DNA from: Calditrichaceae bacterium
GTDB lineage: Bacteria; Calditrichota; Calditrichia; Calditrichales; JBFXGD01
Length of the DNA stretch: 64,000 nucleotides
Assembly: GCA_050173015.1 (NCBI GenBank)
Contig: JBFXLE010000009.1
Location: 32,001-96,000, forward strand
Direction: 5' to 3'
The notes beneath the pieces are model-generated. The model ran no database searches and was not told where the DNA came from. It saw only the letters and a list, made by a program, of their open reading frames with translations. The translations under genes and the position numbers were made by a program. Positions 1 to 11,300 of this stretch are shown piece after piece (the first letter of the stretch is position 1; the number at the start of each line of letters is the position of its first letter).

Positions 1-3000
1 CGCCGTTACCGTCGCGTCGAAAGCAAGGGTGGAGTGTACCAGTGATCCCCGGCCATCGGTCAGCGGATAGGCTTCAATACACCAGTTTAGATAATTGGTC
101 AAACCACGGTGGGTTATCAATGTGCCCTTGGGTTTGCCTGTTGAACCGGAGGTATAGATCAGATAAGCCAGATGATCTGCATACACATTTACGTCCGGTG
201 CAGAAAGATCCTGAGACGAAATCAGCTCCTTTTCAGAATCAAGGCAAACAACTTTTAATATATGTTTTGATAACCGGGGAAGCAGCGCGCTGTGAGTCAG
301 CAGAATAGGCACACCGGAGTCTTCAATGATAAATGCCAGCCGGTCTTCAGGATAAGACGGATCTATGGGAACATAAGCGCCGCCCGCTTTAAGCACTCCA
401 AGAACAGAAACGATCAGATCTGTCGAACGCTTCATGCACAATCCAACCGGAACATCGGGGCCGACACCGAGGGATATCAGATAATTCGCGAGACGGTTAC
501 TCGCCTCATGAAGCTGCCGGTAAGTAAATGTTTCCAGCTCACCGAGTTCAAGGGCAATTTGATCAGGCGTGTTCATGACCTGACCGGAAAAAATTTGATG
601 AACCGGTAAATCTGTCTTAAGCGGATTCTCCTTACCATTCCATTTGAAGAGCAACTGATCATGTTCGCGCTCCGATATCATGTTGATCCGGCCAACCTGT
701 TCGTCCGGATTGGTTGTCAAACCGTTTAGCAAGTTTTGAAAATGATCCAGCATAACCGAAATCGTCGATTCGTCAAATAAATCGGTGTTATATTCCAGAG
801 CGCCGCTAAAACGATCTTTTTCTTCGGTGATAAACATCGTGATGTCAAACTTTGAAGTACCGCTGTGGGCCTCGATCGGACTGATGATAAGATCAGATGA
901 CTCATTTTCCGATTTCTCGGGCAGGTTAAGAATGACAAACATTACCTGGAAAAGAGGGGAATGACTCGTATTACGCTCCGGCTGCACTGCGTCGACGATC
1001 TTTTCGAACGGTACATCCTGATGGGCATAGGCGCCCAGGGCCGTTTCCCTGACATTTTGAATCAGCTGCCGGTAAGAAATCTCCCCGGAAAGATTCGCGC
1101 GCATCACAAGTGTATTGACAAAAAAGCCGACAATTCCTTCAATTTCAGGACGGTTCCGGTTAGCGATGGGGGTACCGACACAAATATTTTTCTCATTGGT
1201 ATAGCGGTACAGGAGAGTCTGAAAAGCCGCGAGTAATACCATAAATAAAGTGGCGTTCTCATCATGGGAAAGTTTTTTGACACGATCCGCGATATTTTTA
1301 TCAATGCTAAACGGCAGATATGCCCCCTTAAATGTCGGCATTGCGGATCTCGGCCGGTCTGTCGGCAGCTCAAGAACAGGAGGAATGCCGGTAAGCTGCT
1401 TTTCCCAGTATTTCAATTGCTCATCGAGTATATCTCCTTTAAGCCAGCCGCGCTGCCAGTGGGCGAAATCGGCATACTGAAGCTTTACTTCCGCAAGAGG
1501 CGATGGCCTTTTATTTAAAAAGGCATCATATATAATGGATAATTCACGCATCATCACCTGCGATGACCAATTGTCTGATATGATATGATGAATCACCAGG
1601 ATCACGGCGAAATCCTTATTGGCGATCTTTAATAATTCAATATGAAACAGAGGCAGTTTATCAATTGAAATAGGCTCTAGAGATTTTTCCCGAGCGATAC
1701 GTAGTATTTCTGTCTCTTTCCCGGCGGATTTCATATGTTTTAAATCCGTGATTTTCATGGATATCCGGTATTCATCGAAAATTTTTTGCGTCGGCGAGCC
1801 GTTCTCAGTTATAAATACCGTTCTCAGCGATTCATGCCGGCGGATAATTTCATTAAAACTTGCTTCGAAGACTTTGATATTCAGATCGCCTTTTATCCGG
1901 TAGGTTTCCGGTATGTTGTAAAAGGGGCTGTCGGGTTCGAGCTGATCCAGAAACCAAAGACGCTGCTGGGCAAAAGAGAGCGGAAGTTCCCGGTCTCTCG
2001 ACACGGGAAGGATAGGTGGGGCGATGATCTGTTCACCGGCCAACCGCGCCTCATCGACACAAAGGGCAAGACCAGAGACCGCAGGAAATTCAAATACTTT
2101 CCTCAGGGGAAATTCGATGTCGAATGTCTTTTTAATCCTGGAGACGAGCTGTGTCGCCAGTAAGGAATGTCCACCCAGATCAAAGAAATTATGCTGAGAG
2201 CCTACCTCATCAATATTCAGGAGATCTCCGACGATCACGGCAATCTTTTTCTCCGTGTCAGTTTTCGGTTCTACATATTCCGTTGTAAGCTGTTCAAGAA
2301 TCTGATTCTGATCGGGATTTGGCAAGGCGCGCCGATCGATTTTTCCGTTTGGTGTAAGCGGCAGCTTTTCGAGGGAAATATAGGCGGCCGGAATCATATA
2401 ATCGGGAAGCAGGTTGGCGAGATACTCTTTTAACACCGTTGCTGAGACGGTGGCATCAGAGTCGGTCACATAGTAGGCAATCAATCTTTTGTCGCCATTG
2501 GAGTCCTCCCGCAGGCTCACCGCCGCGGTCTTAATCCGGTCATAATCCTGCAAAGCGGTTTCAATTTCGCCTAATTCCACCCGGAATCCGCGAATTTTGA
2601 CCTGATTATCGCTTCGGCCAAGAAATTCTATGTTTCCGTCCGGCAGATAACGTCCTACATCACCGGTGCGATAAAATCGTTCACCCGGCATGCCGTAAGG
2701 ATACGGTATAAAACGATCCGCTGTTAGGTCCGGCCGGTTAAGATAGCCCCTGACAACACCTGCTCCACCCACGAATATTTCACCCCTGACTCCCACCGGA
2801 ACCGGTTCAAAATGGTTGTCAAGAATGTATAGCGTCATATTGGCAAAAGGACGTCCGATGGGCACCAGTCGGTCACCGGGAAGGTCCAGCTCTTTTGTCT
2901 CGAAATATGAACTGTCGATAGTCGCCTCGGTCAGTCCAAAGGAATTTATCAACCGGGTTTCGGTTCCCGCGACGCGATTAAATCTCCTGTATTCTTCCAC

Positions 3001-5277
3001 ATACCAGATATCCGATCCCGCGATCAGATTTCTTAAAAAATTCAGATTTTTATCATTTTCTTCGAGAAAATCAGCCAGATTTCTCAATACGGCCGGGACG
3101 AATTCCGCGGTGTCGATATTTTCTTTTATCATTAAATCATATAGCCGCGTCGCTTCCAGCAATATTTCACGGGGCGCCAGCACCAATTTACCCCCGGAAC
3201 ACAAAGCGCGTGTCCAGTCACCGGCAAACACATCAAATGAAAAACTGGCCATCTGCAGATGATTCCGGGCGCGGCTTTTGAGTTCATACGCGTCTTCCCA
3301 GGCAAGATAGGCGTTGATCAAATTCGCGTGTGAAACCATGACACCTTTTGATTTTCCGGTAGAACCGGAGGTGTAGATAAGATAGACCAAATTTTCCGGT
3401 CCGGCAGTATTCTTCGGATTGCAGGCCGGTTCATCCGCTAAAATATTTTCAGCCGTGTTCAGTTCAAAAATTTCTCCCGGGTAATCATTAATAATATTTT
3501 TAAGATGATCATCACAAATCAGCATGGGTGCATTCGCGTCCTCAAGCATATATCTTAGGCGATCGCCGGGGTAGGACGGGTCAAGAGGCAGATAGGCGGC
3601 TCCGGACTTCAGAACACCGAGCACGGCGATCATCAGTTCACACGACCGTTCCATAAGTATAGCAACCGGCGTGTCGGGGCCAATCCGCTTTTTTTTCAAA
3701 TAATGAGCAAGCCGGTTTGCCTTTTTGTTCAATTCCTCATAGCTGATCGATTTTTCCCGGAATACCACAGCTGTAGATGCCGGGGATTCGTTGACGCGAC
3801 TTTCAAATATTTGGTGAATCCCATTGAATTCTTCGTGTTCCGCTGAAGTCGCGTTCCATTCCCGCAATATTCTGTTTCTTTCTTCACTTTCCAATATGGG
3901 TATATTCGCTATGGATATATCCGGGTTGGCTGAAACAGAAATTAATAAATTCCTGAAATGAGACAGCATGCGCTCAATAGTCGATTTATCAAATATATCG
4001 GTATTAAATTCCGCCGCCACGTTCAGACCGGCTTCACTCTCCGCGATACTGAAAGTCAGATCAAAGGTTGATGTACCCATATCGACGCTGATCATTTCAA
4101 GTGTGAGTTCACCCACGGGCTGCAAAGAAACGGGTGTGTTTTGCAAAATAAACATCACCTGAAAAAGCGGTGATATCCGCATATCTCGTTCCGGTTGAAG
4201 CGCGTCAACAAGGTACTCAAAAGGCAGATCCTGATTTTCATAAGCGTCAAGAGTGCTCGCTTTGGTCCTGCCAACAAATTCCCGGAAAGTCGGCAGGTCG
4301 TCAAAATTTGTTCTTAAAACAAGGGTATTTATGAACAATCCGATCACGCCTTCGACTTCACCGCGCGTACGGTTGGCGATCGGGGTGCCGACACAAATAT
4401 CGGTTTGCCCTGAATATCGGTATAAAAGGGCATTGAATGCGGATAGGAGCGTCATAAACATCGTCACACCTTCCCGCCGGTTAAGACGATGCAACTTTTC
4501 TAAAGTATTACTTGAGATTGAAATTGATGCTGATGATCCCTCATTGGTTATCACAGGAGGTCTCGAACGGTCAGTCGGCAGTTCAAGCACCGGCGGATTG
4601 CTTCCCAGGTGATTTTTCCAGTAATCCAGCTGTTTTTGAAGCAAATCGCCGCGCATGTATTCCTTTTGCCAGCTTGCATAATCAGCGTATTGAATGGGCA
4701 GCTCCGGCAAGGGTGAAGGCCTGTTTTTCGAGAAGGCTTCATACAGGGTGGTGATTTCACTGACCAGAATACCCATTGACCATCCGTCTGAAATTATATG
4801 GTGAAGGGTTAATAGGGCGATGATTTCCAGATCGGATTTTTTTAGCACGGTAATCCTGATAAGCGGTCCCTTTTCCAGATTAAAAGGGCGTCTCGCTTCT
4901 TCGGTGGCGAGTCTTATAATCTGTTCTTCATGCTCACCGGAAACTGTCTTATCCAGAGAAATAACGGGCATGGGAATTTTCATTTGTTTTGTAATCACCT
5001 GCATCGGCTGTCCGTCAACAGCCGTAAAAGTCGTTCGAAGGGATTCGTGACGCAAGACGATCTCATCGATAACTTTTTTAAGGATTTTCAGATCGACGCT
5101 TCCTTTAAGCCGGAAAGCTATCGGTATATTGTAATAAGGACTCCCGGGTTCGAACTGATCCAGAAACCAGAGACGCTGTTGGCCGAAAGAAGCGGGGAAT
5201 ACATAAACTTCATCACCGTTCATGTCCGGCTGACCTGCGTTTAATACCTCAGGTTTTTGTAGTATTGTTTCATCCAT
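1..5277 (-). CDS. NRPS, C-A-T-C-A (3' end beyond the window edge); predicted Orn, then Asn-like
   Basis: Not in the ORF track (no stop inside the window). Hand translation from ATG 5277 gives MDETILQKP...VYVFPASFGQQRLWFLDQ; C motif HHIISDGWS; A motifs SFSFDVFAGD and INSFGLTEATID; T motif FFDLGGHSL; second C motif HHIISDNWS; it ends ...GRGSLVHSTLAFDATVTA at base 1 in the same frame as the start. Confidence 0.93.
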   Translation of the reverse strand, partial: MDETILQKPEVLNAGQPDMNGDEVYVFPASFGQQRLWFLDQFEPGSPYYNIPIAFRLKGSVDLKILKKVIDEIVLRHESLRTTFTAVDGQPMQVITKQMKIPMPVISLDKTVSGEHEEQIIRLATEEARRPFNLEKGPLIRITVLKKSDLEIIALLTLHHIISDGWSMGILVSEITTLYEAFSKNRPSPLPELPIQYADYASWQKEYMRGDLLQKQLDYWKNHLGSNPPVLELPTDRSRPPVITNEGSSASISISSNTLEKLHRLNRREGVTMFMTLLSAFNALLYRYSGQTDICVGTPIANRTRGEVEGVIGLFINTLVLRTNFDDLPTFREFVGRTKASTLDAYENQDLPFEYLVDALQPERDMRISPLFQVMFILQNTPVSLQPVGELTLEMISVDMGTSTFDLTFSIAESEAGLNVAAEFNTDIFDKSTIERMLSHFRNLLISVSANPDISIANIPILESEERNRILREWNATSAEHEEFNGIHQIFESRVNESPASTAVVFREKSISYEELNKKANRLAHYLKKKRIGPDTPVAILMERSCELMIAVLGVLKSGAAYLPLDPSYPGDRLRYMLEDANAPMLICDDHLKNIINDYPGEIFELNTAENILADEPACNPKNTAGPENLVYLIYTSGSTGKSKGVMVSHANLINAYLAWEDAYELKSRARNHLQMASFSFDVFAGDWTRALCSGGKLVLAPREILLEATRLYDLMIKENIDTAEFVPAVLRNLADFLEENDKNLNFLRNLIAGSDIWYVEEYRRFNRVAGTETRLINSFGLTEATIDSSYFETKELDLPGDRLVPIGRPFANMTLYILDNHFEPVPVGVRGEIFVGGAGVVRGYLNRPDLTADRFIPYPYGMPGERFYRTGDVGRYLPDGNIEFLGRSDNQVKIRGFRVELGEIETALQDYDRIKTAAVSLREDSNGDKRLIAYYVTDSDATVSATVLKEYLANLLPDYMIPAAYISLEKLPLTPNGKIDRRALPNPDQNQILEQLTTEYVEPKTDTEKKIAVIVGDLLNIDEVGSQHNFFDLGGHSLLATQLVSRIKKTFDIEFPLRKVFEFPAVSGLALCVDEARLAGEQIIAPPILPVSRDRELPLSFAQQRLWFLDQLEPDSPFYNIPETYRIKGDLNIKVFEASFNEIIRRHESLRTVFITENGSPTQKIFDEYRISMKITDLKHMKSAGKETEILRIAREKSLEPISIDKLPLFHIELLKIANKDFAVILVIHHIISDNWSSQVMMRELSIIYDAFLNKRPSPLAEVKLQYADFAHWQRGWLKGDILDEQLKYWEKQLTGIPPVLELPTDRPRSAMPTFKGAYLPFSIDKNIADRVKKLSHDENATLFMVLLAAFQTLLYRYTNEKNICVGTPIANRNRPEIEGIVGFFVNTLVMRANLSGEISYRQLIQNVRETALGAYAHQDVPFEKIVDAVQPERNTSHSPLFQVMFVILNLPEKSENESSDLIISPIEAHSGTSKFDITMFITEEKDRFSGALEYNTDLFDESTISVMLDHFQNLLNGLTTNPDEQVGRINMISEREHDQLLFKWNGKENPLKTDLPVHQIFSGQVMNTPDQIALELGELETFTYRQLHEASNRLANYLISLGVGPDVPVGLCMKRSTDLIVSVLGVLKAGGAYVPIDPSYPEDRLAFIIEDSGVPILLTHSALLPRLSKHILKVVCLDSEKELISSQDLSAPDVNVYADHLAYLIYTSGSTGKPKGTLITHRGLTNYLNWCIEAYPLTDGRGSLVHSTLAFDATVTA

Positions 5278-5339
5278 ACAGGAAATCCTTTTTTTTATTT
5301 AAAACTCACCATACACGCGAAAAATATCTTACTCGCGCG

Positions 5340-8300
5340 CTAGGCAAGATCCGATTTTTTCATTGTAACCGCTGTCCTTGATACACGTTTAATGACAGGA
5401 GTATCACTTTCCTGTTCACCCTGTGTTTCCAGGGTCTTCATAATGGCTCCCGCGATACCCGCGGAGGTCGGTTGCTCAAACAGTACCCTTAGGGGTAATT
5501 CCACTTTAAAACGCTCTCTCAAACGCGAAAGGAACTGTGTCGCGAGCAGCGAATGACCGCCAAGATCAAAAAAGTTATCATTAATGCCCACTTTTTCTCT
5601 GTTTAAGAGTTGACCGACAATCTCCACTACTTTTAATTCGGTTTCATTACGCGGAGCCACGTATTCGCTTTCGAGATGATCACTAATGCCGGACGGGGCC
5701 GGAAGCGCTTTGCGGTCAATTTTACCGTTTGGCGTAAGCGGCAGCCGGTCCAATTTGAGTATTGAGGGAGGAATCATGTAATCAGGCAGCCGTTCGCGTA
5801 AATAGGTCAAAATTTCCGGTATTTCCAAATTCTTATCTTCTTTGACCACGAAATACGCGGCCAGCGCTTTACTTCCGGGCAGATCATCTCTGGCAATGAC
5901 AACCACATCGCTTATGTCTTTGTGTAGTTTCAGGACAGATTCTATTTCGCCCAATTCAATCCGGAATCCGCGTATTTTGACCTGCTGATCAATCCTTCCC
6001 ATAAACCCGATATTACCGTCCGGGAGATATCGCGCGAGATCACCGCTGCAGTACAACCGGTCACCGGGTTCTTCGGAGAATGGATTTGGAATAAATTTTT
6101 CGGCGGTCTGTCCCGGGCGGTTCAAATAACCCCTGGCAAGGCCGACGCCCGCGATACAAAGCTCACCGGGGACACCCATCGGGACCGGCTGTTTATATTC
6201 ATCCAGAATAAAGATTTTAAAATTGGATATAGGCATACCGATAGGTGGCCCCGAAGGATATTTACCTGAACAAAGATGCATGGAGGCGCACACCGTGGTC
6301 TCAGTCGGTCCGTAAGCGTTAAAAAATTTCCGTCCTTTCCTCCACCGTTCAACCAGCTCACCGGAAACGGCTTCACCGGCTGTGATGATCACACGAAGAT
6401 CGGGCAGTGGAGTTTCAGGCAGCACCGCCAGAACGGACGGTGGCAGTGTTATTGTTGTGATTTGCTCGTCGCGCAGCAGTTTCACTAATGCGTTACCGTC
6501 GACAATCGTCTCACGGGAAGTAAGACAGATGGCGGCGCCGCAGAGTAACGCCATGGTAAATTCCCAAACCGACGCGTCGAAGCTGAGAGATGAAAACTGC
6601 ATGATTTTGCTGTCTTTACCGACATCGAATTCTTTTATCTGAGTACTGGCAAGATTACATAAGCCACGGTGTCTGAGCATGGTGCCCTTCGGTCTCCCCG
6701 TTGATCCCGATGTGTAGATGATATAGGCAAGATTGTCCGGGTCGATGGTGACAGCAGGATTATCATCATTTTCAGTATTTATTTCTGACAATTCCCGGTC
6801 AATAACGATGGATTTGGTTTCAGCGGGAAGCATACCTCGTGTCCTTTCCTGCGCGATAACCACCGGGAGTCCTGAGTCTTCAACCATGTACGCGATTCGA
6901 TCCGCGGGATAGGCCGGATCGATTGGCAGAAACGCGTTGCCTGATTTTAAAACGGCAAGAATGGCTACAATCATATCAATAGACCGGTCCATACAGATTC
7001 CAACCGGTTTTTCCACACCGATGTCAAGGTTTAGAAGATAGCGCGCGAGTCGGTTAGACCTCGAATTTAATTCGGAGTATGTTAATTGTTCTGAACCGGA
7101 GTCGCTGTTAGCCCTGAAGATGACCGCGGGAGCATCCGGTTGCTTTTTGGCATTTAATTCAAACCACTCATGGACGCAAATCTCCGCCGGAAATTCAGAT
7201 TTTGTCTGATTCCATTGGTTAGTGATTTGTTGAGTGTCCTTTGTGGTTAAAAGCTGGAGTGATCCTACCGGATAAGATGGATCCAATGCGACGCTTGTTA
7301 ATAAAGTTTTAAAATGATCCAGCATATTTTTAACGGTTTCCGAATTGAATAAATCGGTATTATACTCCATAATGCCCAGCAGACCGGCCTCTCCTTCAAT
7401 CATGGTCAGGGTCATGTCGTATTTTGATGTAATGGTTTCGGTTTCATAAGGAGTGATAACCAGATCAGATAGCTCAATGGAGGAAACGGGTAAATTTTGC
7501 AGAACAAACGCGACCTGAAACAGGGGAGAATGACTCATATCCCTGGTTGGGTGAAGCTCTTCAACCAGTTTTTCAAAGGGCAGATCCTGATATGAATAGG
7601 CTTTCAGCGCCGTCTCACGAATCTGTTTCATTAATTCGATAAAATCCGGATCATCGTCAAAATCGGCTCTGAAGACAAGCGTGTTGACAAAAAAGCCGAT
7701 TAAACGTTCAATTTCGGGGTGTGTGCGATTAGCGATCGGAGAGCCCACAAGTATGGTTTTCTGGCGGCTGTAACGGTGTAATAGCGTTTGAAACGCGGCC
7801 AGAAGTGTCATAAACAGGGTACAATTTTCTCGCCGGCTAAGCTTGATAAGTTTACCGGTCAAGTCTTCCGATATTTCAATTGTTTCCGTGGCACCGTTAA
7901 ATGTCTGGACAGCGGGTCTTGGTCTGTCCGTTGGCAACTCCAATAATGGGGGGCTTCCGCCTAATTTCTCTTTCCAGTAGGCGATCTGTTGTTCAAGAAC
8001 ATCATCTTTGAGCCAGCCCTGCTGCCATTGGGCAAAGTCGGCATATTGAACCGGTAAATCTGAAAGCAATGGTTCATGGCCTGATGTATAAGCATCATAG
8101 CAGACGGCAATTTCATCAATTAGTAGTTTTACCGACCAGCCATCGGCAATAATGTGATGAAGTGCGAAGACAGACAGATGGCTTTGTTCCGAAAGTTTGA
8201 TTATAAGTACTCTGAATAGCGGTCCGCTTGTTAAATCGAATGATTTTTTAGCCTCCTTTGTGGCAAGATCTTTTGCTTGTTGCGATTTTACGGGTTCATC

Positions 8301-11300
8301 GATTGATGAAAGATCGACCGCTTTCAGTCTGAATTTTGAATCCTGGAGAATAATCTGTTCAGGTTTGCCGTCAATTGTTTTAAAGACGGTCCGTAATGAT
8401 TCATGCCGCGAGATAATGGTCTGAACGCTTTTTTCAAGCGCGTTCAAATCCAGTCTTCCCTTTAGCACAAGCGCTGAAGGAATGTTGTAGAATATATTGC
8501 CGGGTTCGAGCTGGTCTAAAAACCACAAACGTTGTTGCGCGAAAGAAAGGGGAATACCCGCCTTTCGTTCCGTAGGCGCCAGCGGTGGGGCAGCTGAAGA
8601 ACTGTTTTTTACGCTTATCTCTGACAAGGCCTCCGCTAAATCAGAAATGACAGGATGCTCAAACAGGATTCGCAAAGGGATATCTGTCTTGAAGGCGTCC
8701 CGGATGCGCGATACCGCCTGAGTGGCCATTAGAGAATGACCGCCAAGTTCAAAAAAGCTGTTTGTTCTGCCGACTTTTTCAAGTCCAAGAATGTCGGCAA
8801 AGATTCCCGCCAGAATTTCTTCATTTTGATTTGCCGGAGCGACGAATGATCCGGATTCAATAAAGTCGGATTTTTCAGGGGCGGGCAATGCTTTTCTATC
8901 TATTTTTCCGCTGGAATTAAGCGGAAATTTGTCCAGTCGAACAAACACAGACGGAATCATAAACTCAGCCAGCCAGTTTTTTAATTTTTCTCTGATCTCC
9001 GATACTAAAAAGTCAGTCGCTTTCTCAGGTATGATATAGGCGGTAATCCGTTTATCACCTTCCATATCCTCTCTGATGATCACCGTAGCGTCATTAACCG
9101 ATTCTATTCTTTTTAACGCGGATTCAATTTCTTCCAGTTCAACTCTAAATCCGCGCAGCTTAACCTGAAAATCCACCCGCCCCATAAACTCGATATTGCC
9201 GTCGGACAGGAATCTTCCAAGATCTCCGGTTCGGTATAGCCTGCCTCCGTGATTACCATGAAATGGATCGGGCAGAAATTTTTCCGCCGTCAGGTCCGCT
9301 CGATTGTGATATCCCCGGGCGATACCCGGTCCGCCAAGAAAAATTTCACCTGTACAGCCGATCGGGACCGGATTCATATTTTTATCTAGGAGATAGAGAA
9401 GGGTGTTATCCAATGGTTTTCCAATCGGAACGGTTTGGCTGTCCGCATCGAGATCATCCACCTTATAAAGGACGCTTCCGATGGTCACTTCGGTGGGACC
9501 GTATCCATTTATAAATTCATGATCGGTGTGCCATCGTTTTGCGAGATCCCATGAACAACTGTCACCGACTGAAACCAATGTCCGAACCGTCTTCAGCATG
9601 TCAGGCGGTACTGCTGATAATAAAGAAGGGGGCAGTGTCGCGAAAGTGATATTGTGCTTCTCTGCAAATTCATCAAGAGATTCAGGCGATAAAAATACTT
9701 CTTTTCTTGCAAGAAAAAGTGTGGCTCCGGAGAGTAACGCGATAAAAATTTCGGCAACTGACGCGTCAAAGCTCAGCGATGAGAATTGCAGAATATTGGA
9801 ATTATTGTCAATAGATAATTTGTTTGCCATCGCCTGAACGAAATTGCACAATCCCTGATGCTGCAGCAAGACGCCTTTTGGCTGACCTGTAGAACCGGAT
9901 GTATAAATGATGTAGGCCAGATGATGCGGTAATAAAATCGGTTCCGGATTTTCTGCAGGCATATCATCGATTTCCTCATCGATGTCAATGATAGTTAAAC
10001 GATTAATATCCGTTCCGGAAGGGGGAGTTTGATCGGTAATCAAAATCTTCAATCCGGAATCTTTTATCATAAAGTTAATTCGCTCCGCAGGATAATCGGG
10101 ATCGATTGGCACATAGGCCCCGCCTGCTTTAAGTATCCCCAGAATCGCGATGATCATTTGGGTTGATTTATTCATGCAGATTCCGACAAGCTTCTCCGGA
10201 CTAACGCCTTTTTTTATTAAGAAGCGCGCCACTTGATTGGCTTTCCGGTTTAATTCATCATAAGTAAGCGTTTCATTTTCAAAAACGATGGCCTGCTTAT
10301 CCGGTGTGATTTTTACCTGTTCTTCAAACCATTTAGGTATAGTCCGGGTATCCGGGTAGGGTTTTTTGCTCTGATTCCAGGCCTGAAGAAGCAGAGAACG
10401 TTCTTTTTTGGAAAGAATATTCAAATCACCGATCTTTAGTTCTGGATTTTCACAGATGTTTTCAAGTACAAGAACAAGATGTTCAAACATCCTGTCGATG
10501 ATGTTTTCATCAAAGAATTTTTCCTCATAGGCCAGATCGATTCCGATCAGTTTGCCGGGGGAGATGACCAGAGTTATTGGATAATTTGTGCGTTCAAATG
10601 ATTGAACCGATTCAATCCGGATAGAACTTTCCTGATTAATCAGAGAATCGTCTATCGGGTAATTCTCAAATACCATAATAGATTCAAATAATTGAGAGCC
10701 GCGCGGTATTTCGCTGACGGACTGAATTTCCACCAGGGGCGTGAAATCATACTGCAGCAGCTCTGAATGAGTAAATTGCACATTTTCCAGTAGTTTCAGA
10801 ATTTTTTCAGCAGCCTTTAGCTGAATTCGTATGGGAACGGTATTGATAAATAAGCCGACCATTGATTCAACGCCTGTCAGGTCAGCGGGGCGGCCGGACA
10901 CCGTAATGCCGAAAACAACATCATCATTATTGCTGTAACGGCTTAACAAGATAGTCCACGCGCCCTGGAAAAGCGTGTTGAGAGTAAATTTGTTGGCTTT
11001 TGAGAAGGCGGACAATGATTCCGACAATTTTTCGGATAAAGTCAGAGATTTTTTAGCGTATCCGGTCTCAGCCGATTGCTTTCGTTTGCTAATGCCCAAT
11101 AGAGCGGTATTTGTAAATCCGTTGAGCAGTTTCTTCCAGAATTGTTTTGCTTCTTCAATATCACGGGCTTTTAGCCAGGCGATATAATCGCTATATGGAT
11201 AAACCGGTTCAAGAGTTACTTTCCTGTTTTTGCTGAGCGCCTCATACAGAGTGAAAACTTCCTTCAGTATGATTCCCAATCCCCAGCCGTCAAATAAAAG

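Noticed and set aside
1-5277. Apparent fragmentation or pseudogene at the left edge, since the ORF track shows only short ORFs
   Set aside because: The minus-strand NRPS frame is the same at 5277 and at base 1; it was omitted only because its stop lies outside the window.
5310-5340. Imperfect hairpin between the sixth and seventh cluster genes
   Set aside because: No U-tract follows on the coding strand; at most an mRNA stability element, too weak to call.
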